Assembly (NCBI GenBank): GCA_951406725.2
Contig: OX597832.1
Location: 49,848,001-49,912,000, forward strand
Reading direction: 5' to 3'
DNA: 64,000 nt
DNA from: Octopus vulgaris
Lineage: Eukaryota
The position numbers and the translations under genes were made by a program. Below the pieces are notes generated by a model. The model ran no database searches, was not told the DNA's origin, and saw only the letters and a list, made by a program, of their open reading frames with translations. This document shows, piece by piece, positions 12,556 through 25,336 of this stretch (positions are counted from its first letter, which is position 1; each line of letters opens with the position of its first letter).

Positions 12556-13662
12556 ATATATATATATATATACACTGATGTGTGTGTAAATATATATATA
12601 TATATGCATACATACACACTGATCTGCGTGTGTATATATATTTATGTAGATACACAAATACATCGGTGCTTGCTCTGAGCTGGAAGGTCCATTGGTAGTT
12701 AATTGCTGCTGTTTATATTTTATCTGTTTCAGCTCACAATATTATTTGTGCTATCGGCAGCAGCAGCTACACACTTCAATGTGTATGTATATATATATAT
12801 ATGTATATGTGTGTGTGTGTATATATATGTGCACGCGTTATTATTCGTTTTATTCTACAATTATAAATAAAACAATAAAACAAAACAAATCAGAATCAAA
12901 AATAGTAAAAAAAAAATACTATAAAATATATAAATTACCCTGAAAAACTATGTAAGAGAAAGGTGCAGGTGTTTTTTCGGGGTATTTTTAAATATTTTAG
13001 TCATTATTAATTACTATATTAATTAAGGGCGATTTTGACTTGACTTCTAAACCTTCCTCCCCCTCCGGGGGCCTACAAAATATAAATTTTAATATAATTT
13101 TAATAACCAAAAGTGGTTTGGACTGAATCTAAATAAACTGTCCAAACTCGAAGAAGAATAATGTGTCTATTTTTTTTTATTTTATATAAAAAGGGGAAAA
13201 ATGCATTAAAAGTATTTTACTACTATCGTCTCTTATTTAATATGGTGGAGAAGAAGAAGAAGAAGCATTTGTTTTTTAGTTTCTATATTTCTATATACAT
13301 ACATGATGAATGCAAAAATACGTGTGTGTCTGTGTGTAGGGAGGACAGAACGACGGAACGGAACGGAACGGAGGAGCTTTTAGAATGAAAACGGTTAAAA
13401 GATATCTTTATAAAATGGCTAAGCATTAGAATAAAACATCGCGAGCGAGCATAGCGCTTGATACTACCAGATAAATATACACACATATATAAGCGTGTAT
13501 GTGTGTTTGTGTTTTGTGTGTACGTGTGTTTATGTATGTAAATATATATAAATGGAGATGTGATGTGATGTGTGTGTATGATGAATGTACACGGACAAAA
13601 ACCACCCACAGAAAGAACCGGCGCCTCTAGAGAGAGGCGATTCCTTTGTATGATGGCCTTAC

Positions 13663-13807
13663 CTGCCTTGGTGTTTTCAATGGATTCCTGTAGATCCTCG
13701 AACGATATCTCTGGAAGTATTAGTTTATCCCCAAATTTGTCTATAAAGGAACAGATAACAGCGAAGTTGGGATCATTGAGGCAGTCACCGTCCGTTGGAC
13801 TCGCCAT
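13663..13807 (-). CDS. RSF1: Coding exon 1 of remodeling and spacing factor 1 (N-terminal DDT-like region); later exons not found in window
   Basis: Translation MASPTDGDCLNDPNFAVICSFIDKFGDKLILPEISFEDLQESIENTKA matches the RSF1 N-terminal motif PNFAV(I/V)CSF..(F/Y)G..L.LPE..F..L. Start context AACATGG. Ends at the donor GCAG|GTAAGG (145 nt, phase 1); the ORF beyond the donor degrades into microsatellite. Confidence 0.88.
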
Positions 13808-14460
13808 GTTCGTATTGCTTAATCAAATGCTTGACGACTTCCAAAGACGAGGAATGATGGGGAAAATAAATAAATAAAAATGGTTTTTTTGTTTTTTTTT
13901 CTCTCTCTCCGGCTGATATCGTAGGGATTAATTCTAATTTTTAAAAAACATCTCGTGTAATATTACTCAATAAAACGTACGTCGCATTTTGTTTACTTTA
14001 TTTGTTTTTAAGAAAGGGAGAAAAAAATTATTTTACGAAACTACTATTGAATAAACGGGGAGAAAAAAAAAAAAAAGAACGCCTGGAGAAAACGGGAGAA
14101 AAATATGTTCATTAAATGAAAACTACAGATGACTATAAGGGTAATAATTACCGACTTTGACAAGTGCATTTCTCAGCAAGCAATTTAATCTCTTACCATT
14201 TCGAGAAAACCTAATTTCAATTTAATGGGTCGGATTTTGATACAAAATATTATCGAAAGGAACAGATCTATTCCGTTAGCTAATATTTCGTGACGAAATA
14301 GGCAAATTAAAACGCTAGAAACTGTTGCTTTGTTTGTCTTTATTTAGTTTTTTTGTTTGTTGTTTTTTTTTATTTGATCCTCTGTTAATCTAATAGACTC
14401 CGTAGTCCAATTTCACTTTCTATTTCTGTTGATTGGGCATTATTGGAACCATGAAGATAT
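13808..14460. promoter_or_regulatory. Putative RSF1 5'UTR/promoter, possibly bidirectional
   Basis: Directly upstream of the RSF1 ATG; free of SINEs, CpG-retaining, with poly(dA:dT) tracts. Confidence 0.45.
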
Positions 14461-14483
14461 GTAGGTTCTTGGCGTTATGTATG

Positions 14484-14521
<38 letters not shown>

Positions 14522-15114
14522 TATACATACATATACATGTGTAATTTATTAATGGTTAACTTGATCAGGAAATATATCTTTATATTTTCTCGTGTGATCT
14601 CCCAAGCAGTGTTGCCAAAAGAAAATTACTGTTTAATTCTAGATTTCAACAAAATAACAGTGCTAAAAAATGCTGAAAGAAAATTATGTGAATCACTTAA
14701 TTTTGAAAGAAAGCATAGAAAATGAAAACTTTGCTAATATATCATGATCAGCATCTAATTCTTCTAAATCCTTGAATCCTTCAACAATTCCAGCTGTGTT
14801 GAGACTTATTTCTGAGTTAGATAGATATCTGTCCATCTTGCTTCAGATAAACAATAATCTTTGCAGCATTTATCATGTCTTTGTGAGGTTTCATTTTACT
14901 GGGAGAACATTGAAAGCTACATCTTTTTCATTTCTTCATCATTATCATCAGTTAACATCCTTTTTCCAGACTGGCATTGGCTGAATGATTTGACAGGAAC
15001 CAACAAGCCAGATGACTGTGCTAAGTTCTAGTGTCTAAGCTGGTGTGATTTCTACAGCTGGATGCCCTTCCCAATGCCAGCCGTTAAAAGAGTGCTTTTA
15101 CAGCGAAATGAAAT

Positions 15115-15635
15115 TCGGTGATTGACATCAGTTGCTAGAGGAGCGCTAAGAGTACCATACGAGTGAGATCGTTGCCAAAGCAACAAGCTGGCTTTCGTGC
15201 CGATGGCATCAGTTGCTAGAGGAGCGCTAAGAGTACCATACGAGTGAGATCGTTGCCAAGGCAACAAGCTGGCCTTCGTGCCGATGGCACGTTAAGCACA
15301 CCATTCGAGCGTGATCGTTACCGTGTCGCCTTACTAGCACTTCTGCTGGTGGCATGTGAAATATTCGAGCGAGGTTGTTGCCAGTGCCGCTGGACTGGCT
15401 CCTGTGCAGGTGGCACATAAAAGGCACCATTTGGACGTGGCCGTTGCCAGTACCACCAAACTGGCCCTCATGCCGGTGGCACGTAAAAGCACCTACAACA
15501 CTCTCGGAGTGGTTGGTGTTAGGAAGATCATCCAGCTGTAGAAACTGCCAGATCAGATTGGAGTCTGGTTCACCAGACCTCAGTCAAATCGTCCAACCCA
15601 TTCTAGCATGGAAAGCGGATGTTAAATGATGATAA
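15115..15635 (+). mobile_element. Retroposon family B with internal ~82-bp duplication
   Basis: Family B 3' end with GAT tail; duplicated CATCAGTTGCTAGAGGAGCGCTAAG block. Confidence 0.8.
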
Positions 15636-15797
15636 TGATTTGCTCTAATGAGGTCAACAAGAATCTTGCAAGACAAGACCGCCCCCTCAACTGAGCAGGG
15701 GGTAGTATTGAGGGAGGTGGCTTTATGCCAGGTGATAAGAGATCAAAGTATGATAGCAGGACATAAGCAGGTGTCTTGCAGTAGAGAAAATACATGG

Positions 15798-16168
15798 TTA
15801 CCTCTGCCTTAGCAAAGGTGGAGGTATTGTTTTCAGTTGTGTTTCTCTGTTTGTTTGTCTGTGGACAAGATATCTCAAGAACCATTGGATGGATTCAGAT
15901 GAAACTTTCAGGGATGTTTGGCCTCTTTACTGGCACGAACTGATTAGATTTTGGGATCGATCTGGTACCGAACAAGGATTCTGGATTATTTTTCCAGTTT
16001 TTTTTACTTAATTTTTGAGAGCAGTCGGGTTCACTTTTAGTATTCTCATTTGTGAGAGCAGTCGAGTTTATTTCAGATATTCTCATTTTAAAAATCATCT
16101 CTGGCTAATCGTTTAGAGGACATTGGTGTTTCCTTGGTGGAGTTTGTGCTCTTTGAGTGCTCTTGTTT
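15798..16168 (+). mobile_element. Non-autonomous Helentron/HINE (DINE-1-like) element
   Basis: 5' TTACCTCTGCC...GGTGGAGGTA stem-loop, GTTTGTCTGT microsatellite, 3' CCTTGGTGGAG...GCTCTTTGAGTGC hairpin then T tract. Confidence 0.55.
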
Positions 16169-16732
16169 TATAATTTTGTTTTGATAGCATTCATGTAACT
16201 GAATAATCTTTCTACCTCACAATTTAAATTAAGTGATATTAAGAGATTTGGAGCAAATACAGCAACATTTCTGAAAGGATTTTCTCCAGTGGCATCTTTG
16301 AAGTTCCAAGACTTTCCATATTAGTAATGTCGGTTCTTTATATTGCTATTAAACACTTGTGACACCATTATCACTTAAATTCATTGATTCTAAAAGAGGA
16401 AGAATTAGCTTCTTTATAAGTCTCAAAATATTTTCCTCAGAAAAAAAAATTTTTTCAAGTAACTATTATTTAAAACTGTAAGAGAACAAAATTTTGAGAT
16501 ATTTTCTTAATACTTTTTCTTGTATCACCTGTTATCTTCTAAAGCATCATTTCTGCTATTTTTCTCACCAATCTTTGACTCATATTAGGATCAATAGGAA
16601 GGCAGTGAGCTGGCAGAATGGTTAGCATGTCAGGCAAAATGCTTAGTGACATTTCATTCATCCTTAAATTCTGAGATCAAATTTCGCCAAGGTTTACTTT
16701 GCTTTCCATTCTTTTAAGCACTGAGGTTGATA

Positions 16733-17135
16733 TACTCTTTTACTCTTTTACTTGTTTCAGTCATTTGACTGCAGCCATGCTGGAGCACCGCCTTTAATCA
16801 AGCAACTTGAACCCGGGACTTATTCTTTTGTAAGCCCAGTACTTATTCTATCGATCTCTTTTGCCGAACCGCTAAGTAACGGGGACGTAAACACACCAGC
16901 ATCAGTTGTCAAGCAATGCTAGGGGGACAAACACGGACACACAAACACACACATGCATATATATATATATACGACGGGCTTCTTTCAGTTTCCGTCTACC
17001 AAATCCACTCACAAGGCTTTGGTCGGCCCGAGGCTATAGTAGAAGACACTTGCCCAAGGTGCCACGCAGTGGGACTGAACCCGGAACCATGTGGTTGGTA
17101 AACAAGCTACTTACCACACAGCCACTCCTGCGCCT
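16733..17135 (-). mobile_element. SINE family A, full length
   Basis: Head GGCGCAGGAGTGGCTGTGTGGTAAG, B-box GGTTCAGTCCC, CCTTGGGCAAGTG box, (AAAGAGT)n tail. Confidence 0.9.
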
Positions 17136-17434
17136 ATATATAATTAACTTTCTCCACTCCCCCGAAATTGCTGGCCTTGTGCCAAACCTTGAAACCAATA
17201 TTAGGATCAGAAGGATCCAAAAATTCTTCAATATTACAATTAGAGTCAAGAGGATTTATTTTATCTTGTTGGCAGTACTAAGACATATGTAATAGATTTT
17301 ATCAAATGAAAAAGATCTGAAAATAATTTAGTTCTGTTTGATTCAAAACGTTTGTTAGCTTTTTGAGCATACTTCAAAACTGAAAAGAAGAACAAGGGTT
17401 AATCTTATAATTACAAAATTCTTCCAAAAATGAA

Positions 17435-18281
17435 TAAAGGCATACTTCACCCTACATCGTTAAATGGTTCCTGGAGACACGATTTAAGTCGAAAGACAAT
17501 TTAAATCGAATTAACTTGTCTGTAGGCTAGGCTGAATTTACTTGCCTCTAGGCTAAACCGATAATAACCATTCCCAGTTCTGTACTTTATTTATGAATGC
17601 ATTTTCAATAATACATGGTTTGATATGTGCTAAAATCTTGTCCTTATTATGTACAATCGTTGATACAGTTGTCCGACTCATCCTAAAAGATCATGCCATT
17701 GCTACCACTTTTTTGCCTTTTTCATGGCGTTTTTTTATCATGGCCATCTTATCTTCCAGCACTATAGCATGAAGCTTAACACTTTCGCTATGAATTTTCT
17801 TAGGGGTCATGGGGACAAAAAAATAAAGTCACAAATGAATGAGAATGAGAAAATAGCCGATAAACAGATGTAAACAAATCTGAATTCAAAACAATTGCGG
17901 GAATCACAAGTGACAATGACACCTAACGGTAGATATTGGAACTACAGAGTAATATTAGCTCTGAAAGACCAACAAATAAGACAACACAGCTGATTTCATG
18001 ATTTCTTTCACTGAGCTACACTACTTTATGGTGTGTATCTTAACATTTACTGTAAATATTTTAATATGATTTTATATAATTTCATTCTTATTTATTGTAC
18101 AGTAAATATGATTTTATGTGCTTTTAATGGTTTTCTAGTGATTTTATGATTCTAATATCTGTGGCAGACAGACATAAAGTTGAGTTAACTTGATTTTGAT
18201 TTTTCCATATATTATTTTTGAAAACTAATGTATTATCAAGAATGACTTAAATTGAAACAACTTAAGCCAAGGTATGTCTGT
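17435..18281. mobile_element. Degenerate Tc1/pogo-like non-autonomous element
   Basis: Imperfect TIRs AGGCATACTTC / CCAAGGTATGTCTG|TA with subterminal ATTTAAGTCGAA-like repeats. Confidence 0.4.
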
Positions 18282-18521
18282 AATTCATTTCTTTCACTCA
18301 TAATTTTAAATAGAATTTGTAATTCAAGCCACTGATTAGAAATTCTACTTGTAGCAAATTCAATTTATAACGATCTAGCTGTACAACTGATTAATCCTTT
18401 TCATTATTTTCAAAATTAATTGAAATAAAAACAGTATATTTTAAAAGAAATATAACAATGGCAGAAATGTTAGCGTGCCGGGCAAAATGCTTGACAGTAT
18501 TTCGGCTGTGTTTATGTTTTA

Positions 18522-18941
18522 TAGGCGTAGGAGTGGCTGTGTGGTAAGTAGCTTACTTATGAACCACATGGTTCCGGGTTCAGTCCCACTGCATGGTACC
18601 TTGGGCAAGTGTCTTCTACTATAGCCTCGGGCCGACCAAAGCTTTGTGAGTGGATTTGGTAGATGGAAACTGAAAGAAGCCCATCGTATATATGTGTGTG
18701 TATATATATATATATATATACGTAAGTGTGTGTATATGTTTGTGTGTCTGTGTTTGTCTCCCCAACATCACTTGACAATCGATGCTGGTGTGTTTACGTC
18801 CCCGTAACATAGCAGTTTGGCAAAAGAGACCGATAGACTAAGTACTAGGCTTACAAAGAGTAAGTGCTGGGGTCGATTTGCTTGACTAAAGGCGGTGCTC
18901 GAGCATGGCCACAGTCACATGACTGAAACAAGTAAAAGAGT
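18522..18941 (+). mobile_element. SINE family A, full length
   Basis: Same head, boxes and tail as 16733-17135. Confidence 0.9.
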
Positions 18942-19221
18942 AATGGAAGGGTTAAAATCTTTGATGATTCTTAGCATTAACGGCACGAAACAACGGCTTA
19001 TAATGTGTTTGGGAAAACATTCTGCACAAACATGGGAAAATATGTAAATAATGTACATAATTCCTCAGCTCTTAAAATATAGAACTGTACAGTGTAACTG
19101 AATAAGCATTACATTTGACAGAGTTACCTGAAAACTAAATGGTTAATAGCTTGCATCAGAATTTCAAATGTAAATAATGTACATAATTCCTCATCTCTTA
19201 AAATATAGAACTGTACAGTGT

Positions 19222-19316
19222 TAAAGACTAAATGGCTGAAACGCGTCGCCGGGAATCGAACTCACAACCTTACGATCATGAGCCGAATGCCCTAACCACT
19301 AAGCCACGCGCCCTCG
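19222..19316 (-). mobile_element. Short tRNA-derived SINE head with 11-bp TSD
   Basis: A-box TGGCTTAGTGG and B-box GTTCGATTCCC; TSD CTGTACAGTGT; sits in one unit of a ~126-bp tandem duplication (19042-19400). Confidence 0.7.
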
Positions 19317-20517
19317 CTGTACAGTGTAACTGAATAAGTATTACATTTGACAGAGTTACCTGAAAACTAAACGGTTAATAACTTGCACCAAAATTTCATG
19401 TAAATTTATGTTTCAACTACCAGCTTAATATAGACAAAGCAATCTTACTAAAGTTGTCGTTAACATCAGAATTAATCACAACAAAGATAATGCATTTCAA
19501 CAGAAATATGGTTGAATGGAATTGCCATTTCTGATGATTTTTGCTTTCATTCATTAATGACTTGCTAAACAGGATATTTAGCTAGGGTGTCACGTCTACA
19601 ACAAAATTTGTTGTACACTTTAGATCAGTAGGGACTTCACATACCCAGTCTCAAAAGTTTGCAATAGCAAGTCAATCTTTTCAAAGTAGCTTTTGATACG
19701 TTTTTGTGATTTCTTTGCTCATTATTATCATCATTATTGTGATGATGATTGTTGTTGTTGTTATCATCATCATCATCATCATTATTATTATTATTATTAT
19801 TATTGATTGAATCTCTAATAATGCCAGTACACAGAATTAGCACAGACCCACTCATTTTAATATGCTAAAATGATGGGGAATCAAACATGACCAAATCAAT
19901 AGGGTATCAATCAATTTTTTCAACAATCAATTGATCAATACTTCATATCTTATCACCAACATTCTATTATGTCCATAATCAAGAAGCCTGACTCCCAACA
20001 GTCAAGTCTGTATAGTTTTTCACGAGTATTTGTAACCATCATCAACCACACTCTACAGAGTGCACCAGGTGCATTTTTCATCGCACCACTTCTAGAGAGG
20101 TTGATATGTTCTCAACAAGACTAAGGAGTCCTCTCAAACCGTCATTTTACAGATTGTACTGGGTACATTTTGTCACAGCATCAACACCAAAGAGGTTGCC
20201 ATGTCATCAACAATGTTACGGGACTGTTTAGACCCCCCCCACTTCAGGTCTCTGTTTACTTACCAAATAATTTACAGAATGCCCTGCTTGGATGGATTTA
20301 TAGAGGCACCAAGCGTAGTGAGGTTACCTTGTGCCCTGAAGATCAGAATCAGACGGCTCTATAAAGTGTTCATTTACTCAGGGTCCAGTAGCTGAAAAGA
20401 TAAATGGTAAATCGAAAAGACAGAAATGGCAGGAGAAATGGGAGAGGAGAGCAAGAGTGATTGGCATGAGAAGGTAGCAGAAGTGGTGAGAGAGTGGTGA
20501 ACATAAATACAGCATTC

Positions 20518-20733
20518 TTTTATTCATTTACTTGTTTCAGTCATTTGACTGCGACCATGCTGGAGCACCGCCTTAAGAGGTTTTACTCGAAGCAATCGAC
20601 CCCAAGACTTATTCTTTGTAAGCCTACTGCTTATTCTATCTGGCTCTTTTGCTGAACTGCTAAGTTACAGGGATGTAAACACACCAATACCAGTTGCTAA
20701 GTGATGACAGTGGGGACAAACAAAGACACATAC

Positions 20734-20784
<51 letters not shown>

Positions 20785-21405
20785 TACGATGGGCTTCTTT
20801 CAGTCTCTGTCTATCAAATCCACTCACAAGGCTTTGGTTGGCCCGAGGCTATAGTAGAAGACACTTGCCCAAGGTACCACGCAGTGGGACTGAACCCAGA
20901 ACCATGTGGTTGGTAAGCAAGCTACTTACCACACAGCCACTCCTGTGCCTATATATATTCTTTGATTTTTTTTTTTACATCTTTCTGTCATTTGACTGCA
21001 GCCATGCTGGAGCACTGTCTAGAAGAGTTTTAATCGAACAAATTGATCCCAGGGCTAATTTTTCAAGCCTAGTACTTATTCTATTGATCCCTTTTGCCAA
21101 ACTGCTAAGTTACAGGGATTAAACACACCAACACTGGTTGTCAAGTGGTGATTGGGGTACAAAAACAGGCACAAAAACACACACACACACATATACAACA
21201 GATTTGACGAGCTTCTTTTAATTTCCATCCACCAAATCTTTTCAAAAGGCTTTGATCAGCTTTGATCAGCTTGAGGCTATAGTAGGAGACACTTGCCCCA
21301 GGTGCCACACACTAAGACTGAACCATGTGGTTGGGAAGCAAGCTTCTTTATTTTATTAAATTTGCCATAAAGGCAAGCTTCTTTCTACACAACCATGCCT
21401 GTACC
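20518..21405 (-). mobile_element. Two adjacent SINE family A copies (second one older)
   Basis: Homology to family A. Confidence 0.85.
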
Positions 21406-21583
21406 TATATATATATATACAAATAAGAAAATGGAGGAACAAATTCATTTCGATCATCAACTAACAGATATTACAATTTCATATTATTTATTAATTATAC
21501 AAATAGGAACATGAAAATCGAACAAAACAATATACAGCAATATGCAAATTAATAATACAATAAAAATAATGCAAATAAACTGC

Positions 21584-21715
21584 TCCTTACAGCTGTTTCA
21601 GCCTATGGTTAAGAGGTAATCCACCTTAAATTGCTCATATATGCCATTATAGTATAGTCTTAGGCATTAAAGATTATATTTATCTGTTTAAATAATCAAA
21701 GGCCTCATCAGAGGA
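21584..21715 (-). ncRNA. Type I hammerhead ribozyme with ~105-nt helix II region
   Basis: TCCT-CTGATGA-GGCCT...AGGCT-GAAA-CAGCTG-TA-AGGA on the minus strand. Confidence 0.75.
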
Positions 21716-21733
21716 TATACATAATTACAAAGT

Positions 21734-21805
<72 letters not shown>

Positions 21806-21956
21806 TTGATATATAAAAAAAGACATGCTTCCCATACTATCCTATAAGAACAAGAAGATAAATGGTAAAACAGATACTCAAAATACCTATATATATATAT
21901 ACACACACACATATATATATATATACACATAAACACATATATACATAATATATATT

Positions 21957-21987
<31 letters not shown>

Positions 21988-22889
21988 TCATTTGTTTATA
22001 TGAAATGTGTGTGTGTGTGTGTAAGTATGCATATTATTAAGAGAGAGAGAGAGAAAGAGATATATAGATATGCAAATAAATAGATATGTGTGTCTTTATG
22101 TTTAGACCCATCTAAAAAGTAGTATCCCTGTCTACACTGTGTCTCATTATCTCCCATAACTTAGTAGTTTGACAAACAGATCTTGATAAAATAAGCTTCA
22201 AACTGAAATAAGAATTGAGGTCAATATGTTCAACTAAAAACCAAAAAGCCTTTGAAATGCTATTCCAACAAATCTGCAGTCCAATGACTGAAACCAATAA
22301 AATGAATTAAAGAATAAAAGAATATCAGATTAGAGAAAGAAATGATAGAATTAAAGAATAAAAGAATATCAGATTAGAGAAGGGAATGATAACAGGAAGA
22401 CAGAGAGATAGTAAAGAGTGAAAAAGAATGAACGAAAAAAAGTAGGAAAAAAAGGGCTGTGTTTATCAAGTTTAAAGTCAGCTATTTCTGATGGGTTGTG
22501 GTTTTCGCTGTTTTTGTTTTGTTTTTTTTGTATATTTTTTTTTTATGAAATCCCTTTGACGTTGATGCAAGTGCTAGGGGAAGGGCAAAAAAAAAAAGAA
22601 AAAGCATTAATACTATCCAAAGTTGAAGACATTGTGTGGAATTTTTCTCGTGAGAAAACCTAAAAAGCATTCCTCTTTGGAGCTGTGTAATGATGACGGT
22701 TGAGGATAGATGACAAACTACAGAGATAGCAACTTGTAACATAGATTGTTTTTCACATAATTTTTTTTTTTTTTTTTTTTGCTAATATAAAATATCAAGT
22801 TTGCTTTTGTATGTATCGTGTTTCAAATCTTGGGTTCCATTGGATATTGTAAGAAGCATGTTGATTGGATAAAATTACGTTAGTCATAT

Positions 22890-23330
22890 ATATCTTTTAA
22901 TTGTTTTAGTTATTTGACTGCGGCCATGCTGAAGCACCGCCTTGAAGAATTTTAGTCAAAGAAATAGACGTCGGTACATATTTTCCATTTTTTTCAAAAA
23001 CCTGGTGAAAATTCTATCGGTCTCTTTTGCCAAACTGTTAAGTTACAGAGATGTAAACACACCAACACCAGTTGTCAAGTGGTAAGTGGGTGGTGGAGAG
23101 ACAAATACACATACACACACACACACATATACTCTTCTACTCTTTTACTTGTTTCAGTCATTTGACTGCGGCTATGCTGGAGCACTGCCTTTAGTCAAGC
23201 AAATCGACCCCAGGACTTATTCTTTGTAAGCCTAGTACTTATTCTATCAGTCTCTTTTGCCAAACCACTAAGTCACGGGGACCTAAACACACCAGCATCG
23301 GTTGTCAAGCGATGTTGGGAGGACAAACAT

Positions 23331-23379
<49 letters not shown>

Positions 23380-23685
23380 TACGACGGGCTTCTTTCAGTT
23401 TCCATCTACCAAATCCACTCACAAGGCTTTGGTTGACCCGAGGCTATAGTAGAAGACATTTGCCCAAGATGCCACACAGTGGGACTGAACCTGGAACCAT
23501 GTGGTTCGTAAGCAAGCTACTTACCACACAGCCACTCCTGGCTTTTAGTTTCCGTCAACCAAATCCACTCACAAGGCTTTGGTTGGCCCAAAACTATAGT
23601 ATATGACACTTGCCCAAGGTGACACAAAGTGGGACTGAACCGAAAATCATACAGTTAGGAAGCAAACTTCTTACCACACACCCAC
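22890..23685 (-). mobile_element. Nested/partial SINE family A cluster (full copy 23130-23540)
   Basis: Homology to family A. Confidence 0.85.
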
Positions 23686-23884
23686 AAGACTCGTGGGAAT
23701 ATTATCTGCTTGGACTTCAAGGGCTAGGTTGCTATTCAGTTAGATAATTTAGGAGTTAGTTATAGGTTTACTAATAGAATTTATTTACCGATACTGTTGT
23801 ACATAGGGTAAATGCTGTTTCTTTGTTGTAGTTTAATTAATAATATCAGTGTTTAGTCCTTCCTAGAATTAAGATTGAATGATT

Positions 23885-24287
23885 GGAGTGGCTGTGTGGT
23901 AAGTAGCTTGTTTACTAACCACATGGTTCCGGGTTCAGTCCCACTGCATGGCACCTTGAGCAAAGTGTCTTCTACTATAGCCTTGGGCCGACCAAAGCCT
24001 TGTGAGTGGATTTGGTAGACAGAAACTGAAAGAAGCCCATCGTATATATGTATATATATGTATATGTGTGTGTGCGTGTATGTTTGTGTTTGTCCCCCTA
24101 GCATTGCTTGACAACCGATGCTGGTGTGTTTAGTCCCCGTCATTTAGCAGTTCGGCAAAAGAGACTGATAGAATAAGTACAAAGAATAAGTCCCGGTGTC
24201 GAGTTGCTCGATTAAAGGCGGTGCTCCAGCATGGCCGCAGTCAAATGACTGAAACAAGTAAAAGAGTAAAAGAGAGAGTAAAGAGTA
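23885..24287 (+). mobile_element. SINE family A
   Basis: Homology to family A. Confidence 0.9.
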
Positions 24288-24477
24288 TATCTAAGGTATG
24301 TTTGTTCTCAAACAATACTTATTTTAGAGCTGCTGACACAGCCAAATTGAATTGTACTGCCCAGGTGTTGAAACCATAGTGATATCTGTAGGGCAGCTGA
24401 TGATGGAAGTATGTTGGATTGTTGGTATGACTGCTATTGTATTTGCAGAATAGTTTTATAAGACATAACATTTGATT

Positions 24478-24728
24478 CGGTGGCACGTAAAAAGCACCAT
24501 CCGATTGTGGCCGTTTGCCAGCCTCGCCTGGCACCTGTGCCGGTGGCATGTAAAAATCACCCACTACACTCATGGAGTGGTTGGCGTTAAGAAGGGCATC
24601 CAGCCGTAGAAACATTGCCAGATCAGACTGAGCCTGGTGCAGCCTTCTGGCTTCCCAGACCCAGTTGAACTGTCCAACCCATGCCAGCATGGAAAGCGGA
24701 CACTAAGCGATGATGATGATGATGATGA
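24478..24728 (+). mobile_element. Retroposon family B, 5'-truncated
   Basis: Family B homology; (GAT)n tail. Confidence 0.85.
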
Positions 24729-24792
24729 TATATTTCGTTTTTGGATTTGGTTTGCAAGATTCTTTCTATGAGTTTGTGTGTTGAAGCATAAT

Positions 24793-24966
24793 CTGTTGTG
24801 TCTGGGTAGAGTCATTTTCTTTTTGTGCCTTATAATGTAACACACTCAACGGTAAAATTTCCACTTAAAAATAAAAAATAAAAATAAGAAATAAGTGGAA
24901 ATATTACCGGTGAGTGTGTTACATTATAAGGCACAAAAAGAAAATGACTCTCCCCAGACACAACAG
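24793..24966. repeat. Fold-back (~74-bp arms) in a Penelope-like fragment (24730-24966)
   Basis: CTGTTGTGTCTGGG...TTTCCACTTA / TAAGTGGAAA...CCCAGACACAACAG. Confidence 0.85.
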
Positions 24967-25035
24967 TATATATATATATATAAAGTATAGGAAAAAATGG
25001 AGCTGAACGAAGATTTAACAAAATTCCTTTATATT

Positions 25036-25121
25036 ATTTTCTACATATGTTTCGAAGGCTGCAAAGTCCCTAATTCGGATTGAATAAGGAGTCCATTTTG
25101 CAGCTTTCTCTTCAGGAAAAT
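25036..25121 (-). ncRNA. Intact type I hammerhead ribozyme (inverted copy)
   Basis: Exact reverse complement of 25251-25336. Confidence 0.85.
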
Positions 25122-25250
25122 CCAGGAACTTAATTCTCCAACAAAATGCACAACAAGCTTTTCGACAAACGCTCACGAGGAGCCCATGAAATAAATGACA
25201 CAAACTGCCTATCTATATGCGTTGACGCCAGACTGGGTGAAAGTTCCTGG

Positions 25251-25336
25251 ATTTTCCTGAAGAGAAAGCTGCAAAATGGACTCCTTATTCAATCCGAATT
25301 AGGGACTTTGCAGCCTTCGAAACATATGTAGAAAAT
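25251..25336 (+). ncRNA. Intact type I hammerhead ribozyme
   Basis: ATTTTC-CTGAAGA-GAAAGCTGCAAA...TTTGCAGCCTTC-GAAA-CATATG-TA-GAAAAT: 6-bp stem I, long stem II, palindromic stem III, GUA site after 25330. Confidence 0.85.

Larger units (their letters stand above)
14840..16590 (-). pseudogene. Degenerate hAT transposase C-terminus, split by younger insertions (~14940-16168)
   Basis: Minus strand ~16310-16170 reads NFKDATGENPFRNVAVFAPNLLISLNLNCEVERLFSYMNAIKTKL* (hAT dimerisation motif xEVERLFSxMNxIKTKLRN). Upstream ENILRLIKKLILPLLESM; downstream ~14885-14845 QRHDKCCKDYCLSE. Confidence 0.7.

Noticed and set aside
13283-13662. Remainder of the 174-aa ORF after the RSF1 motif
   Set aside because: Lies past a strong splice donor and runs into microsatellite; intronic read-through.
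1-13662. RSF1 exon 2 (expected LHxKLxRxI...WEKxL motif)
   Set aside because: Not found by eye; probably outside the window, though it may have been missed.
16906-17292. Recurrent ORFs such as ..RRASFSFRLPNPLTRLWSARGYSRRHLPKVP.. and ..DGLLSVSVYQIHSQGFG..
   Set aside because: Antisense translations of SINE family A, not a gene family.
19240-19316. tRNA-Met-like sequence
   Set aside because: Acceptor stem does not close properly and a TSD flanks it; it is a SINE head.
25171-25250. CTCACGAG...TGGGTGAAAG in the spacer of the large inverted repeat
   Set aside because: Core is non-canonical and there is no stem I or III.
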